From the human T2T-CHM13v2.0 reference genome, Homo sapiens: a stretch of DNA of 64,000 nucleotides. Below, piece by piece: positions 28,201 through 42,960 of this stretch (position 1 is the first letter of the stretch; each line of letters begins with the position of its first letter). Under the pieces are notes generated by a model that worked only from the letters and a program-made list of their open reading frames with translations, did no database searches and had not been told where the DNA came from. The position numbers and the translations under genes are program-made. The stretch is taken from the NCBI RefSeq assembly GCF_009914755.1, contig NC_060933.1, one strand, 5' to 3'.

Positions 28201-31200
28201 TGGAATGGAATGGAATGGAAAGGAATGGAGTGGAATAAAACCGAGTGCAATGGAATGGAGTGGAATGGAATGGAATGGAATGGAACAACCCGAATGGAAT
28301 GGAATGTAATGGAGAGTAAGGGAGTTGAATAGAATCAATCCGAATGTAATGGAATGGAATGGAACGGAATGGAATTGAATGGAATGGAATGGAATGCAAT
28401 GGAATGGAATGAACCCGAGTTCCTTGGAATGGAGGGGAATGGAATGGAATGGAATGGAAACTACCCGAATGGAATGGAATGTAATGGAGTGTAACGGAAT
28501 TGAATAGAATCAATCCGAATGTAATGGAATGGAATGGAATGGAATGGAATGGAATTGAATGGAATGGAATGGAATGCAATGGAATGGAATCAACCCGAGT
28601 GCAATCGAATGGAATCGAATGAAATGGAATGCAATGGAATGGATTCAACTTGAATGGAATGGAAAGAATTGAATCAACACGAGTGGAAAGTCATGGATTG
28701 GAATGGAATGGAATGGAATCAACCCGAGTACAGGGGAATGGAATGGAATGGAATGCAATGGAATGGAATCATCCGTAATGGAATGGAAAGGAATGGAATG
28801 GAATGGAATGGAATGGAATCAACTCGATTGCAATCGAATGGAATGGAATGGAATTAACCCGAATAGAATGGAATGGAATGGAATGGAACGGAACGGAATG
28901 GAATGGAATGGAATGGAATGGAATGGAAAGGAACGGAAAGGAAGCGAATGGAATGGAATAGAATGGAATGGAACGGAATAAACGCGAGTGCAGGGGAATG
29001 GAATGGAATGGAATGCAATGGAATGGAATCTTCCGGAATGGAATGGAATGGAATGGAATGGAATGTAGTGGAATGGAATGGAATCAACCCGAGTCCAATG
29101 GAATGGAGTGGAATGGAATGGAATGGAATGGAACAACCCGAATGGAATGGAATGGAATGGAGAGTAAGGGAGTTGAATAGAATCAATCCGAATGTAATGG
29201 AATGGAATGGAACGGAATGGAATTGAATGGAAAGGAATGCAATGCAATGGAATGGAATCAACCCGAGTGCAATAGAATGGAGAGGAATGGAATGGAATGG
29301 AATGCAAACTACCCGAATGGAATGGAATGTAATGGAATCTAAGGGAAGTGAATAGAATCAATCCGAATGTAATGGAATGGAATGGAACGGAATGGAATGG
29401 AATGGAATGGAATGGAATGGAATGCAGTGGAATGGAATCAACCCGACTGCAATCGAATGGAATCGAATGGAATGGAATGCAATGGAATGGATTCAACTTG
29501 AATGGAATGGAAGAATGGAATCAACACGAGTAGAATGGCATGGATTGGAATGGAATGGAATGGAATCAACCCGAGTACAGGGGAATGGAATGGAATGGAA
29601 TGCAATGGAATGGAATCATCCGTAATGGAATGGAAAGGAATGGAATGGAATGGAATGGAATGGAATGGAATCAACTCGATTGCAATCGAATGGAATGGAA
29701 TGGAATTAACCCGAATAGAATGGAATGGAATGGAATGGAACGGAACGGACTGGAATGGAATGGAATGGAATGGAATGGAATGGAACGGAAAGGAAGGGAA
29801 TGGAATGGAATAGAATGGAATGGAATGGAATCAACGCGAGTGCAGGGGAATGGAATGGAATGGAATGCAATGGAATGGAATCTTCCGGAATGGAATGGAA
29901 AGGAATGGAATGGAATGGAATGGAATCAACCCGAGTGCAATGGAATGGAGTGGAATGGAATGGAATGGAATGGAACAACCCGAATGGAATGGAATGTAAT
30001 GGAGAGTAAGGGAGTTGAATAGAATCAATCCGAATGTAATGGAATGGAATGGAACGGAATGGAATTGAATGGAATGGAATGGAATGCAATGGAATGGAAT
30101 CAACCCGAGTGCAATGGAATGGAGAGGAATGGATTGGAATGCAATGGAAACTACCCGAATCGAATGTAATGGAGTGTAAGGGAATTGAATAGAATCAATC
30201 CGAATGTAATGGAATGGAACGGAACGGAATGGAATGGAATGGAATGGAATGGAATGGAATGCAATGGAATGGAATCAACCCGAGTGCAATCAAATGGAAT
30301 CGAATGGAATGGAATGCAATGGAATGGATTCAACTTGAATGGAATGGAAAGAATGGAATCAACACGAGTGGAATGTCATGGATTGGAATGGAATGGAATG
30401 GAATCAACCCGAGTTCAGGGGAATGGAATGGAATGGAATGCAATGGAATGGAATCAACCGTAATGGAATGGAATGGAATGGAATGGAATGGAATGGAATG
30501 GAATGGAATGGAATGGAATCAACTCGATTGCCATCGAATGGAATGGAATGGAATTAACCCGAATAGAATGGAATGGAATGGAATGGAACGGAACGGAATG
30601 GAATGGAATGGAATGGAATGGAATGGAATGGAACGGAATGGAATGGAATGGAATGGAATGGAATGGAATCAACGCGAGTGCAGGGGAATGGAATGGAATG
30701 GAATGCAATGGAATGGAATCTTCCGGAATGGAATGGAATGGAATGGAATGGAATGAAATGCAATGGATTCAACTCGATTGCAATGGAATGGAATAGAATG
30801 CAATGGAATGGAATGGAATTAATCCGAATAGAATGGAATGGAATGCAATGGAACGGAATGGAACGGAATGGAATGGAATGGAATGGAATGGAATTGTATG
30901 GAACGGAATGGAATGGTACGGAATAGAATGGAATGGAACGAATTGTAATGGAATGGAATTGAATGGAATGGAATGGAATGGAATGGAATCAACGCGAGTG
31001 CAGGGGAATGTAATGGAAAGGAATGCAATGGAATGCAATCATCCGGAATGGAATGGAATGGAATGGAATGGAATGGAATGGAATCAACCCGAGTGCAATG
31101 GAGTGGAGTGGAATGGAATGGAATGGAATGGAACAACCCGAATGGAATGGAATGTAATGGAGAGTAAGGGAGTTGAATAGAATCAATCCGAATGTAATGG

Positions 31201-34200
31201 AATGGAATGCAACGGAATGGAATGGAATGGAATGGAATGGAATGGAATGGAATGGAATGGAATGATACGGAATAGAATGGAATGGAACGAACTGGAATGG
31301 AATGGAATGGAATGGAATGGAATGGAATGGAATGGAATGGAATCGTTCCGAGTGGAATAGGAGGGAATGTATTCGAGTGGAATGGAAAGGAATGGTATCA
31401 ACCAGAGTGGAATGGAAGGGAATGGAATGGAATGGAAACTAATAGAATGGAATCAACCCGAGTGGAATGGAAAGGAAAGGACTGGAATGGAATGGAATGG
31501 AATGGAATCAACTCGATTGTAATGGAATGGAATGGAATGGAATGGAATGGAATGGAATGGAATGGAATTAACCCGAATAAAATGGAATGGAATGGAATGG
31601 AACGGAATGGAGTGGAATGGAATGGAATCAACCCGAGTGCAGGGGAATGGAATGGAATGGAATGCAATGGAATGGAATCATCCGGAATGGAATGGAATGG
31701 AATGGAATGCAAAGCAATGGAATCAACTCGATTGCAATGGAATGGAATGGAATGGAAAGGAATACATTGGAATCAACCCGAGTGGAATGGAATGGAAAGG
31801 ACTGGAATGGAGTGGAATGGAATGGAATGGAATGGAATGGAATCAACTCGATTGGAATGGAATGGAATAGAATGGAATGGAATTAACCCGAATACAATGG
31901 CATGGAATGGAATGGAACGGAACGGATTGGAATGGAATGGAATGGAATGGAATGGAACAGAATGGAATCAACCCGACTGCAGGGGAATTGAATGGAATGG
32001 AAGGCAATGGAATGGATTCAACTTGAATGGAATGGAAAGAATGGAATCAACACGAGTGGAATGGCATGGATTGGAATGGAATGGAATGGAATCAACCCGA
32101 GTACAGGGGAATGGAATGGAATGCAATGCAATGGAATGGAATCATCCGTAATGGAATGGAAAGGAATGGAATGGAATGGAATGGAATGGAATGGAATGGA
32201 ATGGAATCAACTCGATTGCAATCGAATGGAATGAAATGGAATTAACACGAATACAATGGAACGGAATGGAATGGAACGGAACGGAACGGAATGGAACGGA
32301 ACGGAGTGGAATGGAATGGAATGGAATTGTATGGAATGGTATGGCATGGTACGGAATAGAATGGAATGGAAAGAATTGGAATGGAATGGAATAGAATGGA
32401 ATGGAATGGAATGGAATGGAATCAACCAGAGTGCAGGGGAATGTAATGGAAAGGAATGCAATGGAATGGAATCATCCGGAATGGAATGGAAAGGAATGGA
32501 ATGGAATGGAATGGAATGGAATGGAATGGAATGGAATCAACCCGAGTGCAATGGAATGGAGTGGAATGGAATGGAATGGAATGGAACAACCCGAATGGAA
32601 TGGAATGTAATGGAGAGTAAGGGAGTTGAATAGAATCAATCCGAATGTAATGGAATGGAACGGAATGGAATGGAATGGAATGGAATGGAATGGAATGGAA
32701 TGCAATCGAATGGAATCAACCCGAGTACAATGGAACGGAATGGAATGGAATGGAATGGAATGGAATGGAATGGAATGGAATGGAATGGTATGGAATCAAC
32801 CCGAGTGCAATGGAATGGAGAGGAATGGAATGGAATGGAATGGAAACTACCCGAATGGAATGGAATGTAATGGAGCGTAAGGGAATTGAATAGAATCAAT
32901 CCGAATGGAATGGAATGGAATGGAACGGAATGTAATAGAATGGAATGAAATGGAATCAACCCGAGTGCAGGCGAATGGAATGGAATGGAATGCAATGGAA
33001 TGGAATCATCCGGAATGGAATGGAATGGAATGCAATGGAATGGAATGGAATGGAATCAACCCGAGTGCAATGGAATGGAGTGAAATGGAATGGAATGGAA
33101 TGGAAACAACCAGAATGGATTGGAATATATTGGAGTGTAAGGGAATTGAATAGAATCAATCTGAATGTAATGAAATGGAATGGAACGGAATGGAATGGAA
33201 TGGAATGGAATGCAATGGAATGGTATCAACCCGAGTGCAATCTAATGGAATCGAATGGAATGGAATGCAATGGAATGGATTCAACTTGAATGGAAAGGAA
33301 AGAATGGAATCAACACGAGTGGAATGGCATGGATTGGAATGGAATGGAATGGAATCAACCCGAGTACAGGGGAATGGAATGGAATGGAATGCAATAGAAT
33401 GGAATCATCAGTAATGGAATGGAAAGGAATGGAAAGGACTGGAATGGAATGGAATGTAATGGAATGGAATGGAATCAACTCGATTGCATTCGAATGGTAT
33501 GGAATGGAATGGAATCAACTCGATTGCAATCGAATGGAATGGAATGGAATTAACCCGAATAGAATGGAATGGAATGGTATGGAACGGAACGGAATGGAAT
33601 GGAATGGAATGGAATGGAAGGGAAAGGAATGGAATGGAAAGGAATGGAATGGAATGGAATGGAATGGAATGGAATCAACGCGCGTGCAGGGGAATGGAAT
33701 GGAATCGAATGGAATGGAAAGGAATGGAATGGAATCAACCCGAGTGCAGGGGAATGTAATGGAACGGAATGCAATGGCATGGAATCATCCGGAATGGAAT
33801 GGAATGGAATCAACCCGAGTGCAATGGAATGGAGTGGAATGGAATGGAATGGAATGGAACAACCCGAATGGAATGGAATGTAATGGAGAGTAAGGGAGTT
33901 GAAAAGAATCAATCCGAATGTAATGGAATGGAATGGAACGGAATGGAATGGAATGGAATGGAATGCAATGGAATGGAATCAACCCGAGTACAATGGAATG
34001 GAATGGAATGGAATGGAATGGAATGGAATGGAATGGAATGGAATGCAATGGAATGCAATCTTCCGGAATGGAATGGAATGGAATGGAATGGAATGCAATG
34101 GATTCAACTCGATTGCAATGGAATGGAATAGAATGGAATGGAATGGAATGGAATGCAATGGAATTAAACCGAATAGAATGGAATGGAATGGAATGGAAGG

Positions 34201-34755
34201 GAACAGAACGGAAAGGAACGGAACGGAGTGGAATGGAATGGAATGGAATTGTATGGAATGGAATGGAATGGTACGGAATAGAATGGAATGGAAAGAATTG
34301 GAATGGAATGGAATCGAATGGAATGGAATGGAATGGAATGGAATCAACCCGAGTGCAAGGGAGTGTAATGGAACGGAATGCAATGGAATGGAATCATCCG
34401 GAATGGAATGGAATGGAATGGAATGGAATGGAATGGAATGGAATGGAATGGAATCAACCCGAGCGCAATGGAATGGAGTGGAATGGAATGGAATGGAATG
34501 GAACAACCCGAATGGAATGGAATGTAATGGAGAGTAAGGGAGTTGAATAGAATCAATCCGAATGTAATGGAATGGAACGGAATGGAATAGAATGGAATGG
34601 AATGGAATGGAATGGAATGGAATGGAATGGAATGCAATGGAATGGAATCAACCCGAGTACAAAGGAACGGAATGGAATGTAATGTAATGGAATGGAATGG
34701 AATGGAATGGAATGGAATGGAATCAACCCAAGTGCAATGGAATGGAGAGGAATGG
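25275..34755 (+). repeat. Copy 2 of the ~9.5 kb intra-array duplication (offset ~21,652-21,682)
   Basis: It carries the same private variants in the same order as 3612-13075. Similarity ends just after caacccaagtgcaatggaatggagagg (~34,750). Confidence 0.92.
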
Positions 34756-37700
34756 GATGGAATGGAATGGAATGGAATGGAAGGGAATGGAATGGAATGG
34801 AATTAACCTGAACAGAATGGAATGGAATGGAATGGAACGGAATGGAAGGGAATGGAATGGAATGGAATTAACCTGAACAGAATGGAATAGAATGGAATGG
34901 AACGGAATGGAATGGAATGGAATGGAATGGAATGCAATGGAATGGAATCAATCAACCCGAGTGCAATAGAATGCAGTGGAATGGAATGGAATGGAATGGA
35001 AAGTACCCGAATGGAATGGAATGTAATGGAGTGTAAGGGAATTAAAAAGAATCAATCCGAATGTAATGGAATGGAATTGAAAGGAAAGGAATGGAAAGGA
35101 ATGGAACGAAATGGAACGGAATGAAATGGAATGGCATAGAACGGAATGGAATCAACCCGAGCGCAATGGAATGGAATGGAATGGAATGGAATGGAATGGA
35201 ATGGAATGGATTCAACCCGAATGGAATGGAAAGGAATGGAATAAACCCGAGTGAAATGGCATGGAAGGGAATGGAATGGAATGGAATGGTACGGAGTAGA
35301 ATGGAATGGAACGAAATGGAATGGAATGGAATGGAATGGAATGGAATGAACGCGTGAGCAATGGAATGGAATGGAATGGAATGGAATGGAATGGAAGGGA
35401 ATGGAATGGGTTCAATTCGAATGGAATGGAAAGGAATGGAATCAACCCGAGTGCAATGGCATGGAATGGAATGGAATGGAATGGAATGGAATGGATTCAA
35501 CCCGAATGGAATGGAAAGGAATGGAATAAACCCGAGTGGAATGGCATGGAATGGAGTGGAATGGAATGGAATGGAATGGAATGGAATGGAATGGAATTAA
35601 CCCTAATAGAATGGAATGGAATGCAATGGAATGGAATGGAATGGAATTGAATGGAAGGGAATGGAATGGAATGGAATGGAATGGAATGGAATTAACACGA
35701 ATAGAATGGAATGGAATGGAATGGAATGGAATGGAATGGAATCAACTCGATTTCAATGGAATGGAATGGAATGGAATGGAATGGAATGGAAGGGAATGGA
35801 ATGAAATTAACCCGAATAGAATGGAATGGAATGGAATGGAATGGAATGGAATGGAATGGAATGGAATGGAATAGAATGGAATCCAACCGAGTGCAGTGGG
35901 ATGGAATGGAATGGAATGCAATGGAATGGAATCATACGGAATGGAATGGAATGGAATGGAATGAAATGGAATGGAATGCAATGGAATGGAATGGAATCAA
36001 CCCGATTGCAATGGAATGGAGTGGAATGGAATGGAATGGAATGGAAACAACCCGAATGGAATGGAATGTAATGGAGAGTAAGGGAATTGAATAGAATCAA
36101 TACGAATGTAATGGAATGGAATGGAACGGAATGGAATGCAATGGAATGGAATGGAATGCAATGGAATGGGATCAACCCGAGTGAAATGGAATGGAATCGA
36201 AAGGAATGGAATGCAATGGAATGGAGTGGAATGCAATGGAATGGGATCAACCCGAGTGAAATGGAATGGAATCGAAAGGAATGGAATGGAATGGAATGGT
36301 TTCAACCCGAATGGAATGGAAAGGAATGGAATCAACCTGAGTGGAATGGAATGGAATGGAATGGAATGGAATGGAATGGAATGGGTTCAACTCGAATGGA
36401 AGGGAAAAGAATGGAATCAACCCGAGTGGAATGGCATGGAATGGAATGAATGGAATGGAATGGAATGGAATGGAATGGAATGGATTCAACCCGAATGGAA
36501 TGGAAGGGAATGGATTAAACCCGAGTGGAATGGCATGGAATGGAGTGGAATGGAATTGAATGGAAGGGAATGGTACGCAATAGAATGGAATGGAACGAAA
36601 TGGAATGGAATGGAATGGAATGGAATGGAATGAACCCGTGTGCAATTGAATGGAATCGAATGGAATGGAATGCAATGGAATGGATTCAACTAGAATGGAA
36701 TGGAAAGGAATGGAATCAACCCGAGTGGAATGGCATGGCATGGAATGGAATGGAATGGAATGGAAAGGATTGGTACGGAATAGAATGGAATGGAACGAAA
36801 TGGAATGGAATGGAATGGAATGGAATGGAATGGAATGGAATAGAATGGAATCCACCCGATTGCAGGGGAATGGAATGGAATGGAATGGAATGGAATGGAA
36901 TGGATTCAACCCGAATGGAATGGAAAGGAATGGAATCAAACCGAGTGGATTGGCATGGAATGGAATGGAATGGAATGGAATGGTAGGGAATAGAATGGAA
37001 TGGAACGAAATGGAATGGAATGGAATGGAATGGAATGGAATGGAATGGAATAAACCTGAGTGCAATGGAATGGAGTGGAAGGGAATGTAATGGAACGGAA
37101 ACAACACGAATGGAATGGAATGTAATGGAGTGTAAGGGAATTGAATACAATCAATCCGAATGCAATGGAATGGAATGGAACGGAATGGAATGGAATGCAA
37201 TGGAATGGAATGGAATGGAATGGAATGAAATGGAATGGCAGGGAATGGAATGGAATCAACCCGAGTGCAATGGAATGGAATGGAATGGAATGGAATGGAA
37301 TGGAGTGGAAACAACCCGAATGGAATGGAATGTAATGGAGTGTAAGGAATTGAATACAATCAATCCGAATGTAATGGAATGGAATGGAACGGAATGGAAT
37401 GGAATGGAATGCAGTGGAATGGAATCAAACCTATTGCAATGGAATGGAATGGAATGGAATGGAATGGAATGGATTGGATTCAACACAAATGGAATGGAAA
37501 GCAATAGAATCAACCCGAGTGGAATGGCATGGAATGGAATGGAATGGAATGGAATGGAATGGAATGGAATGGAATGGTACGGAATAGAATGGAATGGAAC
37601 GAAATGGAATGGAATGGAATGGAATGGAACGGAATGGAATGGAATCAACTCGATTGCAATGGAATGTAATGGAATGGAATGGAATTAACGCGAATAGAAT

Positions 37701-40700
37701 GGAATGGAATGGAATGGAACGGAATGGAATGGAATGGGATGGAATGGAATCAATCTGAGTGCTGGGGGATGGAATGGAATGGAATGCAATGGAATGGAAT
37801 GTAATGGAATGGAATGCAATGGAATGGAATGTAATGGAATGGAATGCAATGGAATGGAATGGAATGGAATGGAATGCAATGGAATCAACTCGATTGCAAT
37901 GGGATGGAAAGGAATGGAATGGAATGGAATGGAAGGGAATGGAATGGAATGGAATTAACCTGAACAGAATGGAATGGAACGGAATGGAATGGAATGGAAT
38001 GGAATGGAATGGAATCAACCCGATTGCAGTGGAATGGAGTGGAATGGAATGGAATGGAATGGAAACAACCCGAATGGAATGGAATGTATTGGAGTGTAAT
38101 GGAATTGAATAGAATCAATACGAATGTAATGGAATGGAATGGAACGGAATGGAATGCAATGGAATGGAATGCAATGAAATGCAATGGGATCAACCCGAGT
38201 GTAATGGAATGGAATCGAAAGGAATGGAATGGAATGGAATGGTTTCAACCCGAATGGAATGGAAAGGAATGGAATCATCCCGAGTGGAATGGAATGGAAT
38301 GGAATGGAATGGAATGAACCCGTGTGCAATGGAATGGAATGGAATGGAATGGAATGGAATGGAATGGAATGGATTCAAGTCGAATGGAATGGAAAGGAAT
38401 GGAATCAACCCGAGTGGAATGGCATGGAATGGAATGGAATGAAATGGAATGGAACGGAATGGAATGGAAAGGAATGGAATGGAATCAACCCGAGTGCAGG
38501 GCAATGGAATGGAATGGAAGGCAATGGAATGCAATCATCTGGAATTGAATGGAATGGAATGAAATGGAATGGAATCAACTCGATTGCAATGGAATGTAAT
38601 GGAATGGAATGGAATGGAATTAACGCGAATAGAATGGAATGGAATGGAATGGAACGGAATGGAATGGAATGGGATGGAATGGAATCAATCTGAGTGCAGG
38701 GGAATGGAATGGAATGCAATGGAATGGAATGGGATCAACCCGAGTGTAATGGAATGGAATCGAAAGGAATGGAATGGAATGGAATGGTTTCAACACGAAT
38801 GGAATGGAAAGGAATGGAATCATCCCGAGTGTAATGGAATGGAATGGAATGGAATGGAATGGAATGGAATGGAATGGAATGGAATGGAATGGAATGGAAA
38901 GGAATGGACCCGTGTGCAATGGAATGGAATCGAATGGAATGGAATGGAATGGAATGGATTCAAGTCGAATGGAATGGAAAGGAATGGAATCAACCCGAAT
39001 GGAATGGCATGGAATGGAATGGCATGAAATGGAATGGAATGGAATGGAATGGTACGGAATAGAACGGAATGAAACGAAATGGAATGGAATGGAATGGAAT
39101 GGAAAGGAATGGAATGGAATCAACCCGAGTGCAGGGGAATGGAATGGAATGGAAGGCAATGGAATGCAATCATCCGGAATTGAATGGAATGGAATGGAAT
39201 GGAATGGAATCAACTCGATTGCAATGGAATGTAATGGAATGGAATGGAATGGAATTAACCCTAATAGAATGGAATGGAATGGAATGGAAGGGAATGGAAT
39301 GGAATGGAATGGAATGGAATTAACCGGAATAGAATGCAATGGAATGGAATGGAATGGAATGGAATGGAATGGAATGAAATGGAATCAACTCGATTTCACT
39401 GGAATGGAATGGAATGCAATGGAATGGAATGGAATGGAATGGAATGAAATTAACCCGAATAGAATGGAATGGAATGGAATGGAATGGAATGGAATGGAAT
39501 GGAATGGAATGGAATAGAGTGGAATGGAATGGAATAGAATAGAATGGAATCCACCCGAGTGCAGGGGAATGGAATGGAATGGCATGCAATGGAATGGAAT
39601 CATACGGAATGGAATGGAATGGAATGGAATGGAATCAACCCGATTGCAATGGAATGGAGTGGAATGGAATGGAATGGAATGGAAACAACCCGAATGGAAT
39701 GGAATGGAATGGAGTGTAAGGGAAGTGAATAGAATCAATACGAATGTAATGGAATGGAATGGAACGGAATGGAATGCAATGGAATGGAATGGAATCCAAT
39801 GGAAGGGGTTCAACCCGAGTGCAATGGAATGGAATCGAAAGTAATGGAATGGAATGGAATGGATTCAACACGAATGAAATGGAAAGGAATGGAATCAACC
39901 CGAGTGGAATGGAATTTAATGGAATGGAATGGAATGGAATGGAATGCAGTGAAATGGAATCAAACCTAGTGCAATGGAATGGAATGGAATGGAATGGAAT
40001 GGAATGGAATGGATTAGATTCAACCCAAATGGAATGGAAAGCAATGGAATCAACCCGAGTGGAATGGCATGGAATGGAATGGAATGGAATGGAATGGAAA
40101 GGTACGGAATAGAATGGAATGGAACGAAATGGAATGGAATGGAATGGAATGGAATGGAATGGAATGGAATGGAATGGAATGGAATAGAATGGAATCCACC
40201 CGATTGCAGGGGAATGGAATGGAATGGAATGCAATGGAATGGAATGGAATGGAATGGAATGCAATGGAATGGAATGGAATGGATTCAACCCGAATGGAAT
40301 GGAAAGGAAAGGAATAAACCCGAGTGAAATCGCATGGAAGGGAATGGAATGGAGTGCAATGGTACGGAGTAGAATGGAATGGAACGAAATGGAATGGAAT
40401 GGAATGGAATGGAATGGAATTGGATGGAATGAACCCGTGAGCAATGGAATGGAATGGAATGGAATGGAATGGGTTCAACTCGAATGGAATGGAAAGGAAT
40501 GGAATCAACCCGAGTGGAATGGCATGGAATGGAATGGAATGGAATGGAATGGAATGGAATGGAATGGATTCAACCCGAATGGAAAGGATTCAACCCGAAT
40601 GGAATGGAAAGGAATGGAATAAACCCGAGTGGAATGGCATGGAATGGAGTGGAATGGAATGGAATGGAAGGGAATGGTACGGAATAGAATGGAATGGAAC

Positions 40701-42960
40701 GAAATGGAATGGAATGGAATGGAATGGAATGGAATGAACCCGTGTGCAATTGAATGGAATCGAATGGAATGGAATGCAATGGAATGGATTCAACTAGAAT
40801 GGAATGGAAAGGAATGGAATCAACTCGAGTGGAATGGCATGGCATGGAATGGAATGGAATGGAATGGAATGGAATGGAATGGAATGGAAAGGTACGGAAT
40901 AGAATGGAATGGAACGAAATGGAATGGAATGGAATGGAATGAATGGAATGGAATGGAATAGAATGGAATCCACCCGATTGCAGGGGAATGGAATGGAACG
41001 GAATACAATGGAATGGAATGGAATGGATTCAACCCGAATGGAATGGAAAGGAATGGAATCAACCCGAGTGGAATGGCATGGAATAGAATGGAATGGAATG
41101 GAATGGAATGGTACGGAATAGAATGCAATGGAACGAAATGGAATGGAATGGAATGGAATGGAATGGAATGGAATGGAATGGAATGGAATGGAATCAACCT
41201 GAGTGCAATGGAATGGAGTGGAATGGAATGTAATGGAACGGAAACAACCCGAATGGAATGGAATGTAATGGAGTGTAAGGGAATTGAATACAATCAATCC
41301 GAATGTAATGGAATGGAATGGAACGGAATGGAATGGAATGGAATGGAATGGAATGGAATGGAATGGAATGAAATGGAATGGCAGGGAATGGAATGGAATC
41401 AACCCGAGTGCAAAGGAATGGAATGGAATGGAATGGAATGGAATGGAATGGAATGGAATGGATTCAACCCGAATGGAATGGAAAGGAATGTAATAAACCT
41501 GAGTGGAATGGCATGGAATGGAATGGAATGGAATGGAATGGTACGGAATAGAATGGAATGGAACGAAATGGAATGGAATGGAATGGAATCAACCTGAGTG
41601 CAATGGAATGGAGTAGAATGGAAAGTAATGGAATGGAAACAACCCGAATGGAATGGAATGTAATGGAGTGTAAGGGAATTGAATACAATCAATCCGAATG
41701 TAATGGAATGGAATGGAACGGAATGGAATGGAATGGAATACAGTGGAATGGAATCAAACCTAGTGCAATGGAATGGAATGGAATGGAATGGAATGGAATG
41801 GAATGGAATGGATTGGATTCAACCCAAATGGAATGGAAAGCAATGGAATCAACCCGAGTGGAATGGCATGGAATGGAATGGAATGGAATGGAATGGAATG
41901 GAATGGTACAGAATAAAATGGAATGGAACGAAATGGAATGGAATGGAATGGAATGGAACGGAATGGAATGGAATCAACTCGATTGCAATGGAATGTAATG
42001 GAATGGAATGGAATGGAATTAACGCGAATAGAATGGAATGGAATGGAATGGAACGGAATGGAATGGAATGGGATGGAATGGAATCAATCTGAGTGCAGGT
42101 GAATGGAATGGAATGGAATGCAATGGAATGGAATGGAATGGAATGGAATGCAATGGAATCATCTAGATTGCAATGGGATGGAATGGAATGGAATGGAATG
42201 GAAGGGAATGGAATGGAATGGAATTAACCTGAACAGAATGGAATGGAATGGAATGGAACGGAATGGAATGGAATGGAATGCAATGGAATGGAATGCAATG
42301 CAATGGGATCAACCCGAGTGCAGGGGAATGGAATGGAATGGAATGCAATGGAATGGAATCAATCAACCCGAGTGCAATAGAATGAAGTGGAATGGAATGG
42401 AATGGAATGGAAAGTACCCGAATGGAAAGGAATATAATGGAGTGTAAGGGAATTAAAAAGAATCAATCCGAATGTAATGGAATGGAATGGAACGGAATGG
42501 AATGGAATGGAATGGAATGGAATGGAATGGAATGGAATGAAATGGAATGGCATGGAATGGAATGGAATCAACCCGAGTTCAATGGATTGGAATCAAATGG
42601 AATGGAATGGAATGGAATGGATTCAACCCGAATGGAATGGAAAGGAATGGAATAAACCCGAGTGAAATGGCATGGAAGGGAATGGAATGGAATGGAATGG
42701 TAAGGAATAGAATGGAATGGAACGAAATGGAATGGAATGGAATGGAATGGAATGGAATGGAATGAACACGTGTGCAATGGAATGGAATGGAATGGAATGG
42801 AATGGAATGGGTTCAACCAGAATGGAATGGAAAGGAATGGAATCAACACGAGTGGAATGGCATGGAATGGAATGGAATGGAATGGAATGAAATGGAATGG
42901 TAGGGAATGGATTGAAATGGAATGGAATGGAATGGAATCAACCCGAGTGCAATGTAATGG
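34755..42960 (+). repeat. Distinct HSat3 sub-domain with a different variant vocabulary
   Basis: Words largely confined to this block include ttaacctgaacag, gaacccgtgtgc, ccacccgattgcagggg, gggatcaaccc, ttgaatacaatc, catacgga and ggattcaacccgaat. Flanking words cttccgg, gttccgagtggaatagg, ggattcaacttg and gtacagggg were not seen inside it. Boundaries are approximate. Confidence 0.85.
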
